Assembly (NCBI GenBank): GCA_030141605.1
Contig: JAQGDQ010001383.1
Location: 1 to 43,438 of the forward strand
DNA from: Tubiluchus corallicola
Taxonomy: Eukaryota; Animalia; Priapulida
DNA length: 43,438 nucleotides
Direction of reading: 5' to 3'
How positions within the stretch are numbered: the stretch's first letter is position 1; each line of letters begins with the position of its first letter. The notes below the pieces were generated by a model, which did no database searches, was not told the origin of the DNA, and saw nothing but the letters and a program-made list of their open reading frames with translations. A program made the position numbers and the translations under genes. Below, in pieces: positions 35,901 to 43,438 of this stretch.

Positions 35901-38900
35901 AAGTAAGGAAACCATGCAGTCAAAAACACCTTTAGTTATTGTAGTAAGTGCTTGCTTCAAGATGTTAAGCAAAACGTCGTTAAACGAAGCCAAAACTTCC
36001 TTTGAAAGTAATGTAAAAGAATTTGGATACATTCTAGAGTCAAAAATCAATGCTGATTAACTCATTTAAATTAAACCTTTTATGAGTTTCTTTATAGTTT
36101 CTTCTATTTAATTTATTTCTGCTTGCTTAATCTGTCTAATCCACATATATTTCTTACCAATAGGCCTATGTAACAAGCTAGTGGTTTCTGATTCATTAAG
36201 GTTTAAGCCTAGGAAGCCTGTAAGCAATAAGTACTGCAGAGTCGAAGCCAAGCACTTCGTGACGTGACCTGTGTCATCGTATGCTGGAGCACTGAATTAT
36301 TTAGTTTATTTACACAATTTATTAACACTCAATAGCAAAAGACAGGGTATCATTTACCATGTAATCTGATTGCTATAATAATCTATAACATAATCTTTAC
36401 TTAAAGTTGGCTTTAAGTTTGCTGCTAGAGTTTCGCATAACGTTTGTTCACAGGTCTGGCTTGACAGACTTAAAAAAGTTTTTGACAAATGAAAATTGGC
36501 TTTTGGCAAAGAAAAAGCATCAACGTTAAAATGAAATGTGGATCATTAAACAAAAAATGTGTTAAATGTTCAGCATCATTAAAATGTAACGTCGCTAAAT
36601 GGGGAGTCATTAAGCGAGAATTTATTGCGTAATAGCCTTTAATTGCCATTAAAATATATTGATAATCATTTGGTCTAAATTGTTGATCAATTAGTTTTAT
36701 TAGTAAAAGTAATAAAACACTGTTAGAGGGGAATACATTACTGAAAAGAGTAGAAACAAAAATAAGTGAAGAATGAAATTAAAATGTGTTTACAGCTATT
36801 AACAAAAATTAGAGTTAAGATTCATTTAGCTAATATGACCGTTTGCATTGAAATTCGGAGTTGGTGTGCATGTGGTGTGGTATCATTTCATATTTGGCTA
36901 ATTTTAGTGATTTTAACTTTTTCTTACATCGGAAAAGCAAAGGTATGAATTCAGGTCCAGAACAAGTAGTATTCATATAACTTATATGCAATTAGTAGAA
37001 ATTATTTGTTTTTGTCTGTTTGGAACATGTAATCATGGTGTGGTAGTAGGTGAAATTGTTTCAAGTTGACTACACCAAAAATAGATATGCAACATCAAAA
37101 CAACTAGCTAGAGAACCATTCTGATCTTTATATATACATGCAGAGTTCTTGGCTTTATTGTAATGGCGAGTTCAGCATAGAAACTTTTCTCGCAACATCT
37201 TCTACAACTTCTCTCTGGCAGTAAGCTCGCAGATGTTGCGAGACATGTTGCAAGAGAAGTTATCAAGCCATTCACACCTGCAGGTTTACTCTCAGGAGGA
37301 AGCTACTCAGAAAGTTGCGAGAAAACTTTACATCTAAATTAATAATTTAGTGATAGCGCAATAAATTAGTGATTAACATCTATGAAATGAATTGCCATCT
37401 TACTGTTTTTATTATTGTTGTTGTTGCTAAAGCTATTCAACACTGGGTACAAAATTTTTAAGGAAATCTCCCTTATGCCCTTATAACAAACTTTTAAGTG
37501 CATTGTCAATTTTAAAAACACAAAGAAGCTTAACAACAACAAAAAAAGCACACATCACTCTTTCTCTCAGTTCGGTTCTCATATAACAAATTTGTTATTT
37601 ATAACATGTTTATTTTATTTTGATCATTTAGATTTGCAAAAATAACTTGATTTGAAACTTGTAATTTGCAAAAGCAATTGCATAACAGAAAATGTAATAA
37701 TTCGCTTAGCTTACTACTTAGTTTAAAACTTACTGTTAGGAAGAGTCTAACAGCAGATCCACGTCTGAAGAAATCTATCCATTCTGCTGGTACTGCATCT
37801 ATTCCATAGAAGTTCAGACTGACAAATTTCTTGCTTCTCTGTGCAGTTAGCTAAAACACATTTGATATTACGTAGCTGATGTTAACAGAACGTATAATTT
37901 AGGTGAATGACTGAAATTTTTCACACTAGATTTAAGTATTCACAATTATATAATTTGTATCTTCGCATCTGTATCAACCAGTGTGATGAAGACTTAATTT
38001 AGTATTTTCTAATTAATAGTGAAAGTTCTTTACTTTCAACTTGTAACTAATTTATTATACCATAAATAATCAAAAATAATGTATTAGAAAGTAAAACACA
38101 GATAAGAGAGCTTGAACAGCTCAGAATACATCTGCCTTAGGGACACTATGCCCTGCATCATCAGTGGTCTTATAAATTAGCACCAAGCAACAGCAAGGAC
38201 CATCCCGCCCGATAGTAGGGAAGTGATCCATAACTTTTGATTCACAAAGTTCATGCTCCCTGCAGAAAATATTCTTGTATCCCACGGGATACAATGTGTA
38301 TGAAAGGGTTAATTAACATAATGCTCTTGATAGTAGTTTTGACTTTATGTTTACGTGTTTCAGCTCGGAAAAAGGTTAAGATTAAGATTGAGATTGTTTA
38401 TTCATCTCCTTTAAGTTTTACAGTACAAGATCTTTGAAACAAAGTTAAAATCTGTCAAGTGAAGCATTTCAAAAGGGTATGTGTTATGAGTGGGTAACGA
38501 GTTCCACAGTTTTACACACTGGCACTTTAATGATTTTTTTACCCAGTGAAGCATTAACATAATAAAATTACTTGCAGCAACCTGGTATAATGTGTACGAA
38601 CATTAGCAACAGTGGTAAAATAATTTGCATATAGGTCAGGAAGTATTTGTTGTTCAAATTTAACCATACGTTTAGAGGTATTACTCTAATTTATGTATGT
38701 CAGAATAATTTGAGGTAACTGAGTTAAGCATTAGAAGGTGTGGCATGATCTCCAAATTTAGCAAACGCAATTATCTTAACTGTAATATTTCGTCACGTAA
38801 TCAAAGGCGTTATCGTTACTGTACTGGAGCATAAATTAGTGCGTAATATATTAGTGTAAGTTTGCTTAAGTCTACAAAATGCCTAAATTTTGATATAACA

Positions 38901-39981
38901 CCATTTTGTTTACCAGTTTTGTAAATTATGTGTTGGATATGTGCAGATCAATAATAAGGCCCAAATACTTGATACTAGTAACTTCATCTAAACATTGGTT
39001 ATTTATCTTTGGACACAATTTGCTTGGCATGTGAATGTCAGGTTTTATTTCGTTTCATTTAGGCTCGATTATCAAAAACTAAGTTTTTTTGTAATTGACT
39101 GTTAATTTATTGGCATTCATCCAAGGGTTTACCTTGTTTAGTTCATCACCACCTGATATATGCTAATCTGAAAAGGAAAAGGTTAGTACCAAAAGTCTTT
39201 TTTGAAAATTAGAACAATTAGGTAAGTCATTAATGTGTATTAGAACTAGCAGAGGTCAGAGAGTGGAGCCTTGGCATATACCGCGACTTATAGGTAGGGA
39301 TTTTCAGCGTATATCATTTACTACAGTAAACTGTTTGCTGTTAGCAAGATATGATGCAAAAAAGAAAATGCCAATCCTCTTATTCCATAATGCTCGAGTT
39401 TGTTTAGTAAAATTAAATGTTGAACCGCATCAAAGATAGATCTAGGAATATACCACACGTTACAGTTTTTCTATCGAACTGTTCGGGTAATTTATCTACA
39501 AGCTCGGAAACTGCTAAAGTTGTACAATGTTTTTATTTGAATCCAAATTGATGCTTTGACAGTAAATTATTAGTACTAACGATTTTCTCAAGCTTGCTAT
39601 ACATAAGTTTTTCAAATATTTCTGAAAGGGGTGATAATAAGGAGGTTTATGTTAATTTATAGAAAAAGGATTTAATTAAAAATCCTTGACGAAGCAGCCT
39701 AGATTTAGTGTTTACATTTAAGCATTTAGAAATCAGAATTCACGTTTTAAGAAAAATGCCAAAATGTTTAGCTTTTCTATGTGATATTATAATCACTAAT
39801 GCGTTGTTCTAACTTACGTTATTTACGTTTTGTAGCAGCTCTGATTTAGTGTCATCATTGTCACAAATAATGTGAAATCTCAATGGCACTGATGTTACCA
39901 TTAGAGCAGATTTTATTGTGTTCATTGCTTGCTCCATGTAAGTAGAATCTCTTCCCAGAAGTGTGATTGCTACGTCCAAGC
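26780..39981 (-). CDS. Second GXYLT-like GT8 glycosyltransferase, spliced; catalytic domain = join(39818-39981, 37734-37850, 34973-35168, 33884-34033, 32509-32696, 26780-26944); start codon not identified
   Basis: All six exons have AG/GT boundaries and matching phases (0,0,1,1,0 between them). They give 980 nt of open frame collinear with the protein at 1550-2761. Confidence 0.88.
27585..27900. repeat. Higher-order tandem repeat with an 82-83 bp period built from TGCTTGGTGTTTG-type subunits (intronic)
   Basis: CCACGTGGTG recurs at 27670, 27752 and 27835. The repeat explains the spurious ORFs on both strands. Confidence 0.92.
28873..29430 (-). mobile_element. LTR-like dispersed repeat, copy 2 (intronic)
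   Basis: Begins TGTAACG; on the minus strand AATAAAC precedes a CGTTACA end. Block homology to 3176-3690. Confidence 0.65.
31548..32090 (+). mobile_element. Probable 3' LTR (31560-32090) preceded by a polypurine-tract-like sequence
   Basis: TTTGGGGTGGCG|TGTAGTT at the start, AATAAAC at 31912, CGTTACA at the end. No partner LTR is visible in the window. Confidence 0.45.
32509..32696 (-). CDS. GT8 gene 2 exon (DRMFVLPCEWN...GLGILHG...LYNN)
   Basis: TTTGCAG acceptor and GTAAGC donor. Read-through would instead stop at 32497. Confidence 0.88.
33884..34033 (-). CDS. GT8 gene 2 exon (GFNAGVLLMDL...GDQCILNAY)
   Basis: TATTCAG acceptor, GTAAAA donor, 150 nt, GT8 NAGV and DQ motifs. Confidence 0.9.
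34300..34520 (-). mobile_element. CR1-type LINE 3' end fragment (intronic)
   Basis: Minus strand encodes KYSFTNRVIDMWNS, the typical CR1 ORF2 terminus. Confidence 0.55.
34973..35168 (-). CDS. GT8 gene 2 exon carrying the DxD motif (ALYVDVDII..PLEQLW)
   Basis: ATTACAG acceptor, GTAAAT donor, 196 nt. Confidence 0.9.
37185..37325. mobile_element. MITE-like element (intronic)
   Basis: Perfect 12-bp inverted pair TTTTCTCGCAAC (37185-37196) / GTTGCGAGAAAA (37314-37325), with internal GTTGCGAGA-like copies. Confidence 0.55.
37734..37850 (-). CDS. GT8 gene 2 exon (LTAQ...PAEWIDFFRRGSAVRLFLT)
   Basis: TGTTTTAG acceptor, GTAAGT donor, 117 nt. Corresponds to the GXYLT EW..LFKPCA.QRLFL segment. Confidence 0.88.
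38440..39620 (-). mobile_element. Degenerate LINE RT domain and C-terminus (intronic)
   Basis: IFEKLMY, RGICQGSTL*PLLVLIHINDLPN (about 39285-39217), KYLGLIID, WNSLP. Confidence 0.8.
39818..39981 (-). CDS. GT8 gene 2 first catalytic-domain exon (LDVAITLLG...IKSALMVTSVPLRFHII...NVNN)
   Basis: TTTGCAG acceptor (phase 1) and GTAAGT donor. Aligns with IHVALTAYG..LKSALMMTS..HFHVI of the paralog. Confidence 0.9.
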
Positions 39982-41399
39982 CTGCAAATTGCAAGACAAT
40001 TAGTGTAAAGTAGGCTATAAATGTAGTTGTGCTGGCCACTCTGGTGTCACCACCTGTTGCGCATTGGACGAATGATGCAGGAAATCAATAGAATAAGCCT
40101 TTTTCGCAGTTATGCTCAGTTGGTGTAGGTCAAAGGTTAAATGTACTTTAGAAACACGGCAAATGTGGCGTGATATGTTGGTAACACAAAGCCGTCTGCC
40201 GCACAGATCAGTAACGTCAGTTGTTTTACGCAAACTTCACCTGATTATACATTAGTCTGTGTGTAACACTGTGTAGACTGATTTACTGACTGGATCTTGC
40301 TTTGGAACAAAAATGTACTAGGCAAGGCTTTAGCTAGTTGTTAAAGCTGTTTGTATTAACATAGCATGTGCACAGAACTGCACGCAAATGCATTGTCTGC
40401 TGCACTTAACCTTTGGCCTTTTCAAGATCATCATTAATCCCTGGAACTGTGAAAAGTTTAACTGTGTATCGAATGAACGTTATCGGCCATCAACAAATAT
40501 GAAAGAAAGTAAAATAAATTATCGCATCATGTCAAGAAATAGAAATGTGTAAAGGTATTCGCAAGTAAAATAATGACAATCTCACCAAACAGAGCAAACC
40601 TTTCATGACTGCAGAGGCTCACCATAACAACCTAAGGTATAAAAGTGCGAGTGAACACGACATCTGTCAGTCCACGCTTGGCCTCTTATGGAGAAAACAT
40701 TGCGAAATGGATAAGGCAACATGAACTTCAAATAACAGCATCCAATGCCATTAACAACATCACGGCATCTGCTCAGCAGTAAGTGTCATCTGAAGTCTCG
40801 TGTAACCGTCTTCCATAAATATCTACATACTTTTCTATCATGCAACATTTCAAATGGTAAACTTATAAAATTGTTACTTTTTGAATTTCTTGGTTTTCTA
40901 TTGTTTTCTGGCCCCTGTGTATACCCAAGTATACAGCCAAGTATACCCTTATCCGTAATTCAGCTTAATTAGGTCTTAATCTGACCAAGTTTATTGTCTT
41001 ATTTAATCGAATTTCACCCAAGACATTTCCAGCTAGTGCCTCGCATCAGTCACCCAGGTAACTATAAGTGTAGCTGACAGCAGCAATGTTAGTGTGGAAG
41101 CTTCTAGCCACATTACGTTGACGTAATGTGCAGAATGGATTTTTAAGGACTTCAAAATTAGTGCTTTTTGTTAATTTTGTAGTCTCCAAAAGATAATATC
41201 AATTTTCACAGCAAGCATTTTCCATTCTGCTGTTAATTTTGTGAAATACGTCTGCTCACTATGTACTTATTATCACATACACACAAATTTAGCAATAGCT
41301 GAGAGAAATGAATTATTTAAAACCATCATCTTGTGTTCAAGTTTCGACTGGTGAGGAATTTTTCAGCGTCTCCTTTCTTTCTTCAACATATTTCAATAA

Positions 41400-42260
41400 T
41401 GGGAGAAATAAACTCCAATGGTTTAAGAACATTCTGGTATTCACCGTAGTAATCTAATTAGTTATATTAATTGTTTCATAAAAGCTGTAGTTTTGTTCTC
41501 TTACGACAATGTCATTGACAAATTTCAAAAGCGCAAAGACTTATTTCCAGACCTCGCTTCATCCTGACATTCACAGTCAAAATCTAATTATTAAAAGTCG
41601 GACAAAGTTGAAGACTTTACATAGGAAGATGTTAGGTATATTGTTTAAATAAAGGCAAAATAATAACGGACCTAGTAATTTTCCTTGTGGAATACCTCTG
41701 TTTAATGTGGCCAAGTCTGAAAAGTTGATTGTATCTAACTTTACACGTTATTCTCTATCTTTAAAATAGTTTTATTTCATTTATACGAATGTACAATCAA
41801 ATCCGATTTGTTTCATTATGCCTAAAAGTAATTTTTGATTAACACTATTGAACGTCTTACTGATATTTAAAAATGTAGCTAAAATGTACTGTTTATTGTC
41901 GAAACTATGCCTCAGATTTTCTGCAGTGTGTATTAGAGCATCAATGGTTGAATGGAAACCACTCTGATGTTTTTATAAAACCTTGTGTCTATTTGCGAAT
42001 GAACTTATTGAATAATGTATTTTTCATTCATAAACTTTGCCAAAACAATATATTACGGAAATTGGGCTCTAATTTATGGGGTCATATGTTGAATCTTTAT
42101 TGTGGATCATAGTCACGTTTTGCCCATTTATATACAGTAGGAAATTTGCCTTTCATAAGTATCTGACTAATGTAAGATAGTAAGAAATTTGAAGGGAATG
42201 TCAGATGGTCCACTATCCTGAAATTTAGAACAGAGAAGGTTTGACATGGTAGTACTTCTC
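41400..42260 (-). mobile_element. Degenerate LINE RT fragment
   Basis: PISVIYCFGKVYE, ATFLNISKTFNSVN (decayed DLSKAFD), RGIPQGKLLGPLLFCLYLNNIP. Confidence 0.8.
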
Positions 42261-42907
42261 TCCTCGAAACCAATGCGAATCAATATAAAACTGACTATGC
42301 GGAAAACGTAATTAGACAAATAAAACTCCTTACCTCCACGATGTCACGAAAAATTGCGAGAAGGCACCTTTTTGCATTCGTATGTAGGTTCCTATATTCG
42401 TATGAAAATTTGTGGAGCAATGGTGTAAAATATAGCACGAGATAATTGTTCGTTAAATTCCTCACCAATGCTTTGCGATTATATTTACTTTTGATTTCTG
42501 ATTTGCGTTTCTGCTGCACATTACCATGGTTTTTTTTTCTTCATAAGTGAGCCACAAGAAACCATTTATCCCATTCATTGATGGTGATTCTGTACGAAAC
42601 GCATTTTTGCTAATGTTATTGCCTAACAGCCTAAACAAGCCGTTAAATCTTTCACGAAGTAGTAAAAACATTAAGAAATACAACAACTGGACTTGACTTG
42701 TGACTTAATAATCATATTGAGAATATTGAATCGCAGTGTTGTTGCCATCGATTCGCAATTTTTCTAGCTGTTTAACTGTGAAATACGTTGTTGCTTATAG
42801 TAAAATTCCCGTACACACATCTATAAGGCATATTAAGTTTCATTATCTAACAAATCACAAATCAAAATTCATTATTATGTAAAAATTTGATGCATTATGC
42901 AACATAC

Positions 42908-43023
42908 TATTGTATGTTTGGCCGTCGTACGTTACTGGAGCTGTGGCTGGATGTGGTCTAATTGTTGGACTGAGACTGCTTTTCTGCTCTAGAGGTCGCT
43001 CTGTTTCCAGCTCAGTTGGCTGT
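42908..43023 (-). CDS. Probable S/T/P-rich stem exon of GT8 gene 2 (QPTELETERP...VTYDGQTYN)
   Basis: TTCCGTCTCCAG acceptor and a phase-1 GTATGT donor that fits the phase-1 acceptor at 39981. No homology support. Confidence 0.5.
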
Positions 43024-43438
43024 CTGGAGACGGAATGTGTTTAAAGTTTTACCTCTGGCCTGCATACGTCTGATTTAATCCAATACTTAACCTGGGGCTG
43101 GTCGGTCTGGTACGTTTTATATGGCCTGAGTGTGTGGCAGAGGAAAGCATCTCGTTGGTTGGAGAAGAAATGTACTGAACGGCAACAATGGAATCAACAA
43201 ATTAATACGACAGCTGCTGACTGCACTGATGCAGAGATAAACATAGACATCACAATATTGCATGTTCTGAATGTATACCGAAAATGACATTAATTATCAA
43301 TTACAAAAATTTTTTAGAAAAGAATGTATCTAGAATAGTTAAAAGAAGTGATCTAAATAAAAATAAATGCTGCGCCCAGCGAAAATGCTGGCCAGATAAG
43401 GAATGGTTTATAGTCAATTTAAAGCAGCCCACAACCTA

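Noticed and set aside
35400-36100. Possible very old LINE endonuclease/linker remnant on the plus strand
   Set aside because: Only scattered motif echoes (FNWREFL, WIHSRVK), not enough to call.

Overview
AT-rich, transposon-littered eukaryotic DNA, most likely from an invertebrate animal (GT-AG introns, Gypsy, BEL/Pao and CR1-group LINE debris); the species cannot be named from the sequence. The host genes are all glycan-related, and three of them are co-oriented on the minus strand. (1) An intronless GT8 glycosyltransferase resembling glucoside xylosyltransferase (GXYLT) at 1550-2761. (2) An intronless eukaryotic-type UDP-galactopyranose mutase (glf/UGM) at 6509-7917, split by a one-base frameshift at a G5 run. 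(3) A second GXYLT-like GT8 gene that the ORF track does not assemble, which I reconstructed from six phase-consistent exons between 39981 and 26780, plus a probable stem exon at 42908-43023. An inverted partial duplicate of the UGM at 13218-13948 carries the identical frameshift. The main hypothesis is a clustered galactofuranose-type module in an animal: a nucleotide-sugar mutase beside divergent GT8 transferases. Its functional status depends on whether the shared frameshift is a sequencing artefact, pseudogenisation or recoding. All protein family assignments come from motif recognition, not database searches.
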